From: a virus
Taxonomy: Duplodnaviria > Caudoviricetes
IMG/VR virus record: IMGVR_UViG_3300009982_000006
Coordinates: 3,993 to 67,992 of that record
Direction: 5' to 3' (one strand)
DNA: 64,000 nt
In this document: positions 7,907 through 18,959 of the stretch, one piece after another
How the letters are laid out: each line of letters begins with the position of its first letter
Numbering within the stretch: position 1 is the stretch's first letter
Program-made: the position numbers and the translations under genes
The notes under the pieces: model-generated
Databases searched by the model: none
What the model saw: the letters and a program-made list of their open reading frames with translations, nothing else
What the model was told of the DNA's origin: nothing

Positions 7907-8305
7907 TTATTGTTTGGTACTGTCCACTCCCATTCTATTCAATAGCGTTTTCTCATATGTGCCAAAATAATTCAATAATGCAGATGGGCCAGCTAAAGCA
8001 GTTAAAAAGTAAAAAGGAGCTAACAATGTTTGTAGCGTAATAGTTGCTATTATGGCTCCTTCAGTACTCTTAATATCCACTGTCGCCCCTCCAATCATCA
8101 TTGGTGCAAATATTACTAATGCAATACCGCCAATCAGCAAAATAGCAAGATTAATTGCTTCTTTGTCTCGAAACTTAGTCCAACTAAACGCAACTTTGGG
8201 GTCTGGGTTAGCTTCTGCTATTTCTTTTAGCTTTTTCGCTTTCATTAATATATATAACGTACCGCCTAATAGAAACGCTCCGTAATCAAGCAAATAATGT
8301 AACAT
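7907..8305 (-). CDS. Membrane protein (3 TM)
   Basis: Hydrophobic segments; directly after the tail fibre. Confidence 0.6.
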   Translation of the reverse strand: MLHYLLDYGAFLLGGTLYILMKAKKLKEIAEANPDPKVAFSWTKFRDKEAINLAILLIGGIALVIFAPMMIGGATVDIKSTEGAIIATITLQTLLAPFYFLTALAGPSALLNYFGTYEKTLLNRMGVDSTKQ

Positions 8306-8327
8306 ATTTTAGAATTTATAGGGTTAA

Positions 8328-11300
8328 TTAAAATCCAATTACATACCAAAAAGATGAGCCAGCCGCTAATACAACATCTGCCCCAGCCGCGACTGTGATG
8401 CTAGTTACCGAGCTTGTGTTATATATATTATCAGACCCCGCTCTTTGAACAGTAAGGTTGCCGCCGCCTGCATTCTTTATAAAAAGAAATTTACCAGGAT
8501 GCGTGTCTAATGCTGGCAATGTCCATGTATTACCTCCTGCACCTGTATATATATTCACTCCGCTTGAGGTCCCAATGGTAGCATCGCCAGATTGTTCATT
8601 TAGTGATAATGCTAATCCAGCAAACCTACTTACATCAGATGCATATATGTTATATGGATGATCAATAGTAGCGCTTCCAGATGCAATAGGCGCTCCACTA
8701 AAATTAACCGAAGCAACGGTGCCTGTATAAGTAACCGCATTTGAAGTACTAAGGGTAGGCGCAGAAAACAAAGAGAACATTTGCCCCTGTGTCTCTGTCC
8801 CAGCAGCTCCCGTGTATGTATATGTAACTGGCAGCAAAGAGAAGTTAATCCCAAATATACCAACCTGTGAAGCGCTCGATAAATTACCGTTTATGGTAAT
8901 TCTTGCAGATGAACTCGATGTAGCGACAAGGCCATCATTAAATGTCTTTGTCCCTCCAAGAGTTTGAGAAACGGTAGTAATAAGCCCTCTATTTGAAGTA
9001 GATGCAGATGGAATATTAAATGTATGAGTTGAGGTGCTGGATGAAATATTAAAATCAGTTCCAGATGTACCTGTGGCAAATGTCTGAGTTGCAGAGGTTA
9101 ATGCATTTAGGCTTGTAATACCAGAACTTATGCTACTTTGAGCCACTTTTTTTATCTCATACCCGGCAGTTAATACTAATATCGAATCTGTATTATCCCC
9201 GGTATCCACGGTCCCCAAATGCGTTTTGCCAGAATTTATAAATAAGGCCCACGGATTTGATATTGTTAAATTTGTGGATGCAGTAGGGGCGTTCTCGATA
9301 TATAATGTAGACGCATTGGTAAACGTAACACCAGTACTCATAGCAGCTAGATTTGGAGTGAGTATACTATTAGACGCCACATGCGCTACTGTGCCACTAA
9401 TGGCCGTATTATTGTCTATATACGTTGCAGTATCTATTAATAATGACAGCCCGTGTATTCCTTGATTTTGAAATGTCCTCATCCTTCCTATAACGGTCTT
9501 ATCTTTTAAATAAGATTCACCATCGACTTGTAACTTGGCTGACCCAGAAGCAGTCCCTGTTCCTATCAAAGTAAGCCCTCCAAATTCCTGTAACGCCAGA
9601 TTCTTAGATAATGAATTTGGATTGTCATAAGCCTGCAAACCACCATATCCAGCAGCAGCATAATACATTTGTGTAGACGGACCAACAGAATTTCCTGAAA
9701 ATGCCGCCATCCCCTGTACCGTTCCTGATGCAATAACATTCCCGCCTACACTTAGACGAGCGCCACTATTTAAAGTTCCAGGGCCTACTTGCACTGTTCC
9801 TCCAAATTCATGTAAATACAAAGGCATCGTTCCACTTGTAGCCCAATTGACGGCCCATATATGGGCGAAATTAGAACCATCCACCCATGCTTGTATTGCA
9901 GGTACGCCAACATCTCGCGCAGAAGACGCTCCGGCAATTTCTAATCTTGTTGACCGGAAAGCAGTTTGTGAATACCCCATCCCGGTTATTCCAAAACTAG
10001 CAGCATCTAATTCACTTAATGAAGTATTATTACGGATGAACCAATTAGGAGCAAAAGCTACAACTTTACCTAAACTATCAATCCCTATGGCTCTTGATGT
10101 ATAAGCGGCGGTATCAGCATTTTTGTAAAAAAGAGTTTCCAATTCAGAATCTCCATTAATCGCAAGAACTTGATTATTATTTTTTACTTGCCCCTTTATT
10201 ACAGATATAAGACTATATGCACTGAAAGCATGTCCATTGTTATTTGGATGATACCCATCAGAAGCAACAAACCCAGAAGCAGCATCTGCGGCCATCCGAT
10301 CCCATGTCGGATCGAATAAGGTTCCCTTAACCAAGGCAACAGTTCTAGTTGCATTTTTAAAATTTATAAATTCAGAAAATGATACACTCTCAGTGCTATA
10401 CTCCATTTGCTTTATTACAATATGATCTAAAGGCCATCCGGCAGCCACAGCAGCATCTACCCAATTCGAATATGCAGTTTTATATGCCGTGGTATCAAAT
10501 CCAGGAACTCCAGCTGCCGCAAATCTTGCATCGTTAGTTCCAAAATTTATCACCAAATAACTCCCAATAGTAGAGGCGCTATAGGATGGCAAATTTGTGA
10601 TAATGGAGGTATTACCTATCATTGTTGTTCCACCTACACCAAAGTTACGTTCTATGTATCCCAACATTTCAACTGTCAACGTACTGAACCTTCTCGTAAT
10701 AGTAGTTGCTAAATCTCCCACGGTATGTGAATCTCCAAAATAATATATCGTATCTATATTATATCGGCCGGTAATTTTCCTTCTGGTAGTGTCGGGTTCT
10801 AGCCATGATCTTGATATGTCTAATTTATTTCCAGGAGTCCCGTACAAGAACCTATTAGTTGATAATTGGCCGGTGGAAGAGCTGTCAGTATTACCTAATC
10901 TTATATCACTCCCCACAGCAATAAGCCCCTCAGAAGCAGTTGCACCTCCTCCCGATGGAACTGGGAATTTTACTAATTTACCCGTGCCATTAGCGCCTCT
11001 ATTTACAAGGCCTAAAACGCTATCGGCAGTAGCAGCTGGGACCGCCCCCTTTATCCAAATAGAGTCCTTAGCGCTTATATTTATAAGTCCAGTTTGTTGA
11101 GCGTATGAAATAAATGTATTATTTGCAGAATTTGTTACATCATAATACCCCATACTTAAAACACCGGTTCCACTGGATATTAATCCTAACCTGAGTGAAT
11201 CCCCAGAATTATCAGCTTTGTTAATGGTGGTCATTATGTTATATCCGTCCAGGTTATCGCCAAATGAACTACCACCCCAGTTAATTCTAAAGTCCTTCCT

Positions 11301-12455
11301 TCGCGTTCCAGTACTGCCAACGCCACCCATCCTAAACAAAAACTGCCCAGCAATACTATCTACATACCATTGCTTATTGTTCCAGTTTTGAGTATAGTCC
11401 CCGTCTGCCGTTAAGGATGCATTGCTAATATTTTCAGACGAAAGAGTTAATCCATCCGTATTTGAAACAGAATCTATATTCATCCCGCCTCCGACAAAAA
11501 TAGTTCTCATTTCTTGTGTAACAGCATTTAATATCCTAAATCCGGCTCCGATATTTGTATTATTAGTAGCTCCTCCCGCACCATCTGAGTATCCAGTAAT
11601 ACGCCCTTTTGCATCAATATTTAAATTACATCCTGTACAACTACCTGCACTCACTAAATCCAATAGATCTATTAATCCTGACCCATTATCCGAAAATGCT
11701 GCTGTAAATGAAGCAGCACCTTTAGTCCCTGAAGTATTTGCATTATTTATTCCTATTGCGCCAGTGAATTGATTAAATGTAATAGGCGATGTGCCTGAAA
11801 TCAAACCTCTTGCTTTGAGATAGAAGTTAGGAATCATGCCAGTATCTGTCGTTGCCAATGTTCCGTTCCCTCGTATATACTGCAATGTTGTACCAGCTCC
11901 AGAAACAGCAAATGTCCCGCTACTGGTAATCGGCGACCCAGTTACCGTAAATGCAGAAGGCATAGATAAGGCTACACTTTCAACAGTGCCAGAACCGCCG
12001 CCGCCAGCAGCACCTCCTTTTATTTCAAAAGTCTGCTGTGCGCCACCGTTTATTGTAAATCCAATTGTAGAGTCGTTAACCCGATATACAGTATCCACCC
12101 ATCTTTTACCAATACCCCACCATTTAGATGTAGTATCGGTTATATTTAGTTTGAGGTTTATTCTATTGCTCAGGGATGTTGTATCTAAGGCATCCGCAAA
12201 TTGATTCCAAGTCAGATTTGTGCTATCAAACCAATAAAACTTTTTATTGGACGGTTTAAATACAACTGTACCACTATATTTAGCCAACCAATTAGTATCT
12301 CTATTAGCTACGATAAGACCGCTATCTGTCATTCCATAGCCCCATTTATTCCAACCCTGGTTCGCTTGCGTTGGGAACCCGGATGGGAATCTCTGCTGAG
12401 ACTTCGCAGTAAACGCACATAATATAATCACCAATATTATTAAATACTTTCTCAT
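8328..12455 (-). CDS. Tail fibre/spike with an internal SGNH/GDSL esterase domain
   Basis: 1375 aa, G/S/T/N-rich; SGNH blocks YFGDSHT, NFGVGG, NFGTND and DGYHPN. Confidence 0.8.
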   Translation of the reverse strand: MRKYLIILVIILCAFTAKSQQRFPSGFPTQANQGWNKWGYGMTDSGLIVANRDTNWLAKYSGTVVFKPSNKKFYWFDSTNLTWNQFADALDTTSLSNRINLKLNITDTTSKWWGIGKRWVDTVYRVNDSTIGFTINGGAQQTFEIKGGAAGGGGSGTVESVALSMPSAFTVTGSPITSSGTFAVSGAGTTLQYIRGNGTLATTDTGMIPNFYLKARGLISGTSPITFNQFTGAIGINNANTSGTKGAASFTAAFSDNGSGLIDLLDLVSAGSCTGCNLNIDAKGRITGYSDGAGGATNNTNIGAGFRILNAVTQEMRTIFVGGGMNIDSVSNTDGLTLSSENISNASLTADGDYTQNWNNKQWYVDSIAGQFLFRMGGVGSTGTRRKDFRINWGGSSFGDNLDGYNIMTTINKADNSGDSLRLGLISSGTGVLSMGYYDVTNSANNTFISYAQQTGLINISAKDSIWIKGAVPAATADSVLGLVNRGANGTGKLVKFPVPSGGGATASEGLIAVGSDIRLGNTDSSSTGQLSTNRFLYGTPGNKLDISRSWLEPDTTRRKITGRYNIDTIYYFGDSHTVGDLATTITRRFSTLTVEMLGYIERNFGVGGTTMIGNTSIITNLPSYSASTIGSYLVINFGTNDARFAAAGVPGFDTTAYKTAYSNWVDAAVAAGWPLDHIVIKQMEYSTESVSFSEFINFKNATRTVALVKGTLFDPTWDRMAADAASGFVASDGYHPNNNGHAFSAYSLISVIKGQVKNNNQVLAINGDSELETLFYKNADTAAYTSRAIGIDSLGKVVAFAPNWFIRNNTSLSELDAASFGITGMGYSQTAFRSTRLEIAGASSARDVGVPAIQAWVDGSNFAHIWAVNWATSGTMPLYLHEFGGTVQVGPGTLNSGARLSVGGNVIASGTVQGMAAFSGNSVGPSTQMYYAAAGYGGLQAYDNPNSLSKNLALQEFGGLTLIGTGTASGSAKLQVDGESYLKDKTVIGRMRTFQNQGIHGLSLLIDTATYIDNNTAISGTVAHVASNSILTPNLAAMSTGVTFTNASTLYIENAPTASTNLTISNPWALFINSGKTHLGTVDTGDNTDSILVLTAGYEIKKVAQSSISSGITSLNALTSATQTFATGTSGTDFNISSSTSTHTFNIPSASTSNRGLITTVSQTLGGTKTFNDGLVATSSSSARITINGNLSSASQVGIFGINFSLLPVTYTYTGAAGTETQGQMFSLFSAPTLSTSNAVTYTGTVASVNFSGAPIASGSATIDHPYNIYASDVSRFAGLALSLNEQSGDATIGTSSGVNIYTGAGGNTWTLPALDTHPGKFLFIKNAGGGNLTVQRAGSDNIYNTSSVTSITVAAGADVVLAAGSSFWYVIGF

Positions 12456-13054
12456 ATTGCCACGAATTGTCGTCCGGTTATTACTATCAAATCTCCATTC
12501 TGAAAAGCATCATTCACGTTTATAGTTACATTGTTATCTGTATATAACGGGGTAAATGATTCCCGATCGTTTAGCCCTATCGGCAGTGGAGTATTCCCTT
12601 TTATAAACTCTACTGAATTATTAGACACGTATGTTAATGGAATTACTATTTGCGTATCCCCATCGTTTGGCAATATCACATTTACTCCATTCACGTTAAC
12701 AGGCGAAGATGTTGTACCTACTATAAATTGCAACCACCAATCCTCAAGTGTTGATTCAGCGCCATTGGCTGGATTTATAACTATACCAGTTCCCATGTTA
12801 GCAATTAATTGTTTCGCTCTTTGAATATACTTTCCACACAATGCATATAAATAATTCGAAGTTGGGTCTAATGTTGGATCACCAGAATCTAAACTTTGCC
12901 TGAACTCAATTTGCTTTCTTACTATATAAACCTGTCGGGCATATCTTTGCACGAAAGCATTTCCTCTTAACAAATTTTGAGTGGCAATATCAGTGGCAGC
13001 CAAAAACTGGGTACACTTACCATAAGCTATATATGCTGAAACGTCTACCGCCAT
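12452..13054 (-). CDS. Putative tail accessory protein
   Basis: Position directly before the tail fibre; beta-rich C-terminus. Confidence 0.5.
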   Translation of the reverse strand: MAVDVSAYIAYGKCTQFLAATDIATQNLLRGNAFVQRYARQVYIVRKQIEFRQSLDSGDPTLDPTSNYLYALCGKYIQRAKQLIANMGTGIVINPANGAESTLEDWWLQFIVGTTSSPVNVNGVNVILPNDGDTQIVIPLTYVSNNSVEFIKGNTPLPIGLNDRESFTPLYTDNNVTINVNDAFQNGDLIVITGRQFVAI

Positions 13055-13564
13055 TTAAAAAAAGAATTGTTGGTTTGACATAATATAAAAAGCCCTATCC
13101 AACGCACTTTGTGCATTAAATAAATCAGCAAATGAAATAGCCAATGCGCAGCTATCAACCTCAGTTTGCAATTTGCTCAAGTTTTCATAATAGCCTGCGT
13201 CATTTAGGATTGATGGCTGCGCTGCTATATCTTGAATTAAATTATATATGAAATAATTGGTATTTCCCGTAAACCCATAATAAGCAGATTTCGTATATGT
13301 GCTACTGGGAAGGGGAGAAGAACTTGTCCAATCTACGACAATATTCAGGGCAAAATCTCTGGACAAATATCCAGTTAATGCCTTAGTGGAGCCATCTGAG
13401 TAAGGCCACGATATAGCACTTCCTCCCAATAAACTTCCATCTGCCTGAAATAATGAGATTGTCCGGGTAACAAGACTAGGATCACTGCCCGTACTAGTAT
13501 CGGTCAAAGTGAATGAGGTAGGGTCTAGCCCTTGAGAAACGCTATAATCGCCGTTAAATGCCAT
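13055..13564 (-). CDS. Putative tail accessory protein
   Basis: S/T-rich beta-type N-terminus; position in the structural block. Confidence 0.5.
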   Translation of the reverse strand: MAFNGDYSVSQGLDPTSFTLTDTSTGSDPSLVTRTISLFQADGSLLGGSAISWPYSDGSTKALTGYLSRDFALNIVVDWTSSSPLPSSTYTKSAYYGFTGNTNYFIYNLIQDIAAQPSILNDAGYYENLSKLQTEVDSCALAISFADLFNAQSALDRAFYIMSNQQFFF

Positions 13565-13605
13565 TACAAATCAGGATTAAAATATTAACTAAAAATACAT
13601 ATTTT

Positions 13606-14064
13606 TTATTTACTTGTGCGCAGCATTATACGCCTTTTGACTTCTGGACTTACTTCCCCTGTTACCTCACCGCCTATTTTACCTGTCAATCTCTGATTTA
13701 ACACATTAGGGCTTGTTTGAACCCCAGGAATTACGCCATATCCAAGTGATTTGCTTTTCGCTAAAACATCTGCGATTTCGGGGTCGCTTGATCCTATATC
13801 ATAAAACCTGCGAAGTCTATCATCTAAAGAAAGACTTTGCAAATCGGGACGCTGATTAAATATATAGGCATGATTCATTAATTTGGTTGCCCGATCCTTC
13901 CCCAGCGAAGAAACAAGACTACCATATAAGGACGCTTTATCATCTGGGCTTAAAACATTCTTTGACCCAACCAACCCAGTTAACACATCCCGAATGTCGA
14001 AATCTGATTTAACCGGCACTTTAGGGTTACCGCCGCCAGATACTTTTAGCATTACTTTAGCCAT
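13606..14064 (-). CDS. Hypothetical protein after the ejection proteins
   Basis: ORF track. Confidence 0.6.
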   Translation of the reverse strand: MAKVMLKVSGGGNPKVPVKSDFDIRDVLTGLVGSKNVLSPDDKASLYGSLVSSLGKDRATKLMNHAYIFNQRPDLQSLSLDDRLRRFYDIGSSDPEIADVLAKSKSLGYGVIPGVQTSPNVLNQRLTGKIGGEVTGEVSPEVKRRIMLRTSK

Positions 14065-14069
14065 ATAGT

Positions 14070-17000
14070 TTAATGTTTAATGTGTGGACTTTTTCTTTTA
14101 ACTCCTTTATGAATTTTTGATTTAGACTTTGATGGCTTTTGCTCATAGGTAGTAGTACCAATACCCAAAGCCGAAGGAACTCCTACCGTTAGAATTGATT
14201 TTGGCCCTTGCTCTTTCCACGCCTCTTGAATATCCTGATAGATCATTGGCACAAATAATTCATACGCTTTTTTAGCCGGGTCAAACTCTTCGCCTACTAC
14301 ATTTTTACCAGCAAGCAAATCTACAGCTGTCCCTGGTACTGGCGCTAATTTACCCCTAAAGAAACTACCCAATTGGTCGAGGCGTGTTTTGTAAGGGAAT
14401 TTATCTCCTTTCAATTCATATATCTGCCCAGTACTTGATGACTTAGTTTCCCCTTTATACAGCTGTGCTAACAGTCTTATGTACTGCTGAAAGCCTCCCC
14501 AAATATCCCACCTAGTATTACCTACCCTTATCTTCCCAAAATCTGAACTGCGAGGATCTTTTTCTACTTGCGCTCCAGCCAAAGACGCCAGCCATAAAAT
14601 ACTAGCTCCAAATCCTATTAATTTCCCCATATCCTTCAAAGCCATCCATCTAACTTCTTTAGGCAATTTAGTATAGAATATTGGGTTGAGCATGTTTAAT
14701 CTGGACGCAATAAGACGAGGCGAGAAAAATGCTGTATTCAAAATTTGCGCTGATCGCTCCAATGGCCCTAACCCACCACGACCTGTCGCATTATTTATAA
14801 ATGTTGCCAACCCTTTATACAACTCTGGGCTATTCTCAAATGTCCTCCCCTGATCTGCAAACACCTCAGATCCTTGGTTAAATAAATCGGCCCTCATCTT
14901 ATTAAGATAAGCCACATACCCACGTTCGCTGCCTTTTACAATTCGCCCAATTACAGGAATCTTTTCACCTAAGTTACTCATGAACTGCTCTTCCTGTACC
15001 TGTAACTTTAAATTATTAGGGTCGGCTATATATAGCCCAGAATCCTCCATTAATTTGTACTGCGGACTTTCTTTTAATTCTACCAACCACCGATCAAACT
15101 GTTTTTGAGAAAATGCCTGTCTTAACATTTCCGGGAATGCCTTAGCTGCTATTTTAGGATGGCCAACTGTAGCCACTATTCCTTGACGTAATGGGGCTGA
15201 CAAGTCAGCGGACGCCATAAGCGTTCTTGGGACGTTTAATACATTGGTCACTACATCTTTTGCTTTTTCTACTTTAGTTCTATTTTCATATTCTAATTGC
15301 GCTATTCTTTTTTCTCTTTCTTGTTTTAATTTAATCAGCTTATCCTTCAATTCAATCGCCTCTTCATCTAATTTAACATCCGGCTTCTTAGGTTCAGAGA
15401 AATCTCCTGACTTTAATTGATCTTGAACTTTTGTTATCTCTCTTTCAATTCTCTTTTTATGCGCGGCCAACCTGGTAAGATCATGTTCTTTTATTTGCTG
15501 TCTTAATTCTTCAATCTCTCTGCTTCGTTTTATTCGTTGCTTTTCATTTTTTGGTTCGTCCCCAGCTTCTAATTTTTCTAACCTATTTATAAGCTTTGCT
15601 TCCGTCCTGAGATCATACAGCCTTTCAGCCAATTCATTTTTAGTAACCTTTGATTTGTTATACTCCCCTGCTATTAAATCATGTACATCTTTTTCTGTTA
15701 TTTCAGGGATAAGATTTTTCAAATGACCGTGTGCTGTTTTTACCAAATCGGGCAATTTATCAATCCCCTCTTCTACTAATACTTTTACTAATTTTAAGGC
15801 ATCGGGAGCTATCTTAACTAACCTGTCGGCATATGGGATAAATGTAGCACTGAGTTGATCTTTTGAGTCATCCCACTTCTTTTTCATATCCTTCAAAATC
15901 TGATCTCGCTCAGCCTTGAAATCCCTCTTTTCACCTTTCTTAGTTGTCTTGGCAATTTTATCTACCTCTTTTTGCGCCTTCAGCTTAGCATTTTCAGCTT
16001 CCAGTTTTGAAACCTTTTCATCGAGAGCATCTTTAGCCGCCTTTATTTCTTTATATTCCTTTATTGTCTGCTTAGTTTGTTCTTCAGTCAATGGTGCCCT
16101 GTTAGCTTCCATATCGTTTACCAGGAAATCACCAAGCCTTTCTTCAGTTGCTACCGACCCTTTACGAGCTGCTAATCCCTTACCTTGAATACGGCCAGCT
16201 ACATTAAATAAATCTTTTGTTCTTTTTAGCTGTGTAATAAGATTAGGATCGGTTGGATTAGCTTCTATTTTTGCCATCAAATCCCCCATATATTGAACCA
16301 TCATCCTGGTCTCTACATGATCGGGAGGCTGGCCATTTCTGAGCTTTTCAAATAAATTGGGCAATGCATTTGGATCATCTGCTAATTTCTTTGCCGCCTG
16401 CTGATCCCATTCGGGTACTCGTTCTGGCGATTTTTCATAAGTATCAAAGCCAAACTCTCTGGCAATATCATCCATCTGTTTATGAGTAATGCCTACCTCC
16501 GTTGGCCCCACTACCCCTTCCTGACCTTTAACATTACCTTCTTCGATTGGGATTTGCTGTCCTTCTTGTGGTATGGTAGCTTCCCCTGATTCGGGTATTC
16601 CGCTGCCCATTTCCTGGCTACTTCCGGGTGTTTCATCCACAATAGCCTCCTCTGGGCCTCTGACTGAAACGGCATCTTCTTTGGGTTTTATTGTTATAGT
16701 TTCAGGTTGTTTTATTTCTCCTGGGGGAATAACAGTTACCCCCGACTTAGATTCAGGTTCTGGTTTTATAACAGTTACTCCTTCTATGGTGCTTTCAGCT
16801 CCTGTTTTCTTTGGATACGTAATAGATACTGATGATTCTTTTGTTTCAGGTGCAGGGAATAATTCTTTAGCATAATCAACTACCGTGTCACCAAACTGAT
16901 CTCTCACAGCTTGTTCGTCTATTGGTTCAGTTAATGGCTTCCAGTTTTCATCCATATTTTGAGCTTGTTGGGCCACCATTCGCCAAAACCCTACGGGATC

Positions 17001-18959
17001 TTTTTTAACCATCTCATTATACACGTCAGGCAATACGCCTTCTGCAACAAATTCTTCAGCGGTTTCGATGGCTTCTTTTTCTTTAGCTTTCGACAATCCC
17101 GACTCTACTTTTACCGGCTTTTCGGTTTCCTTAGATAAAGCCAGATTTTCTTCAGTTAATTTCTGAATTTTCTCTTTAATGGGGTCTTGTAATGATTTAT
17201 GTGTCGATTCTTTTTGCTGTTCTAATTCATTTATCTTATCAATATTGTCTTGTATTTTAAATCTGGCTTCTTCATTTACGTTTGTTGGTATCTGAGAGTC
17301 CTTGTTTTTATAATCACTTATCCTTTGCCGTGTTTCATCAGCTGCGGCCTGTGTAATATCGCCATTATTAACTTTTTCGGCAAGCATTTCATGTATCTGA
17401 TCATCTGGCAACTTCGATAGGCCATGCATAAGTTGCTTTGCTTTTGGTCCTGTAATACCTCTAAACCCTTTAATAGCTGCGGCCATAGCCACGGTCATGA
17501 GTAAGTTTTGTTCAAACACTTCAGCTGTCCCTTCATCAATATCTCGTTTAATACCTGCATCCTGAGCTAATTTATTTTTATACTTTTCGCCAACTACACC
17601 TATAGCCCCGGTAGCAAGTCCTTCAAGTCCAGCTTTGCCTATATCGTAACCGTTTTGTTTTAACACATTAAATGCAGCACTCTTAAACCCTTGCGAGAAA
17701 TTTATTTTAGGCGCTGCCCCCATCCCAATCCTGGCCCCTACTAAACCACTAAGACCCCCCGTTATAGCTCCTACTTCAGCAGCCTGATCCGCTTGGTATC
17801 GTGCCTTTTGAACTGCTTCATGCTCAGGAACACCTTGTGATATTAATTCATCTAAAGTGCGCCAAAAAGTAGCAGGATATTCTAATTTAGCCATTTCTCT
17901 GCCACCAATTATAGTAGCAGCTGCGATGCCTGCTTCAGGACCGCCTAAACTTCCCAATGCCCCCCCAGCTAATGCCTGCCAAGGCGTACCAGCCAACCCT
18001 CCTACTATTTCTGACAACTTCCCTTTTGGAACCGGGATAGGATCATCTTGTTGATCTTTTTTTCTGGCCTTATATTCTGATAGTATGGCGGAATCATTTT
18101 CTGTATTTTTAAGAAATTCCCGATCTGCATATAATTGATTCTTTTGCTTTGCAGCCTCAACGGCTGACCCAATCAACCCCACAGGCTTAAATGCCTGTCC
18201 TGTTTCTGGATTGTAAACAACTCGCCCGGCTTTTATCTCTTTCTCTACATTTTTTATTTTTGGTATTCTTTGTACTGCGTCTGGATCATGAACTATTTCA
18301 TTGAATTTGTCAACCATAAAAGAGTTAGCCATTACATCACTCTTATTGAGATCCTTTATAAATCTCCTTGCCCCTCTTTCATCTAAAACAGTCCCCGTTT
18401 TAACGTCTGAAATTTCTTCAGGCGTAACAGGCATATTATACAACCGCTGTTTCTCTTTTAATAATAATCTCTTTTCGTCTTGGGGTAATAATATTTCGCC
18501 TCTGCTCTTATAATCACTCCTCAACTGTTCAATACTATAATTATCCCTTTTCAGCTCTCGCGCTATTTTTTCATATTTATCATCATTTGCCAGAAGTTCA
18601 GTATGTAGTTTTTTATGCGCCTCCTGTGCCTTACCCCTCATCTTTTCTACCTGTATAGTTCTTTCATCTGGCACATACGCTATTTCTTCTTTCTTTATAT
18701 TTATAGGCTCACTAACAACGCCAGGTCGTAGTATAGTTGTTTCCTGCTTTTGTCTAAATGTAGGTTCAGACAATTTCAACTGGAACACAGGTAGCTGTAC
18801 GACTTTTTCAACTTCACTGCCTTGTACAGGTTCATATTTTTTATTAGGGTTAAATTCTGGCTTACGTTTAGGGACATGCGTATCTTGTACAGTCTCGTAG
18901 GCTGCGTTTGGATTGAACTTTGGCTTTTCGCCTGTAGAAGGGAATACTTTGCTACTCAT
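14070..18959 (-). CDS. Large internal virion/DNA ejection protein (1629 aa)
   Basis: Size, helical and coiled-coil composition, Gly/Ala-rich hydrophobic segments; third of three genes after the nozzle, as in podoviral ejectosomes. Confidence 0.65.
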   Translation of the reverse strand: MSSKVFPSTGEKPKFNPNAAYETVQDTHVPKRKPEFNPNKKYEPVQGSEVEKVVQLPVFQLKLSEPTFRQKQETTILRPGVVSEPINIKKEEIAYVPDERTIQVEKMRGKAQEAHKKLHTELLANDDKYEKIARELKRDNYSIEQLRSDYKSRGEILLPQDEKRLLLKEKQRLYNMPVTPEEISDVKTGTVLDERGARRFIKDLNKSDVMANSFMVDKFNEIVHDPDAVQRIPKIKNVEKEIKAGRVVYNPETGQAFKPVGLIGSAVEAAKQKNQLYADREFLKNTENDSAILSEYKARKKDQQDDPIPVPKGKLSEIVGGLAGTPWQALAGGALGSLGGPEAGIAAATIIGGREMAKLEYPATFWRTLDELISQGVPEHEAVQKARYQADQAAEVGAITGGLSGLVGARIGMGAAPKINFSQGFKSAAFNVLKQNGYDIGKAGLEGLATGAIGVVGEKYKNKLAQDAGIKRDIDEGTAEVFEQNLLMTVAMAAAIKGFRGITGPKAKQLMHGLSKLPDDQIHEMLAEKVNNGDITQAAADETRQRISDYKNKDSQIPTNVNEEARFKIQDNIDKINELEQQKESTHKSLQDPIKEKIQKLTEENLALSKETEKPVKVESGLSKAKEKEAIETAEEFVAEGVLPDVYNEMVKKDPVGFWRMVAQQAQNMDENWKPLTEPIDEQAVRDQFGDTVVDYAKELFPAPETKESSVSITYPKKTGAESTIEGVTVIKPEPESKSGVTVIPPGEIKQPETITIKPKEDAVSVRGPEEAIVDETPGSSQEMGSGIPESGEATIPQEGQQIPIEEGNVKGQEGVVGPTEVGITHKQMDDIAREFGFDTYEKSPERVPEWDQQAAKKLADDPNALPNLFEKLRNGQPPDHVETRMMVQYMGDLMAKIEANPTDPNLITQLKRTKDLFNVAGRIQGKGLAARKGSVATEERLGDFLVNDMEANRAPLTEEQTKQTIKEYKEIKAAKDALDEKVSKLEAENAKLKAQKEVDKIAKTTKKGEKRDFKAERDQILKDMKKKWDDSKDQLSATFIPYADRLVKIAPDALKLVKVLVEEGIDKLPDLVKTAHGHLKNLIPEITEKDVHDLIAGEYNKSKVTKNELAERLYDLRTEAKLINRLEKLEAGDEPKNEKQRIKRSREIEELRQQIKEHDLTRLAAHKKRIEREITKVQDQLKSGDFSEPKKPDVKLDEEAIELKDKLIKLKQEREKRIAQLEYENRTKVEKAKDVVTNVLNVPRTLMASADLSAPLRQGIVATVGHPKIAAKAFPEMLRQAFSQKQFDRWLVELKESPQYKLMEDSGLYIADPNNLKLQVQEEQFMSNLGEKIPVIGRIVKGSERGYVAYLNKMRADLFNQGSEVFADQGRTFENSPELYKGLATFINNATGRGGLGPLERSAQILNTAFFSPRLIASRLNMLNPIFYTKLPKEVRWMALKDMGKLIGFGASILWLASLAGAQVEKDPRSSDFGKIRVGNTRWDIWGGFQQYIRLLAQLYKGETKSSSTGQIYELKGDKFPYKTRLDQLGSFFRGKLAPVPGTAVDLLAGKNVVGEEFDPAKKAYELFVPMIYQDIQEAWKEQGPKSILTVGVPSALGIGTTTYEQKPSKSKSKIHKGVKRKSPHIKH

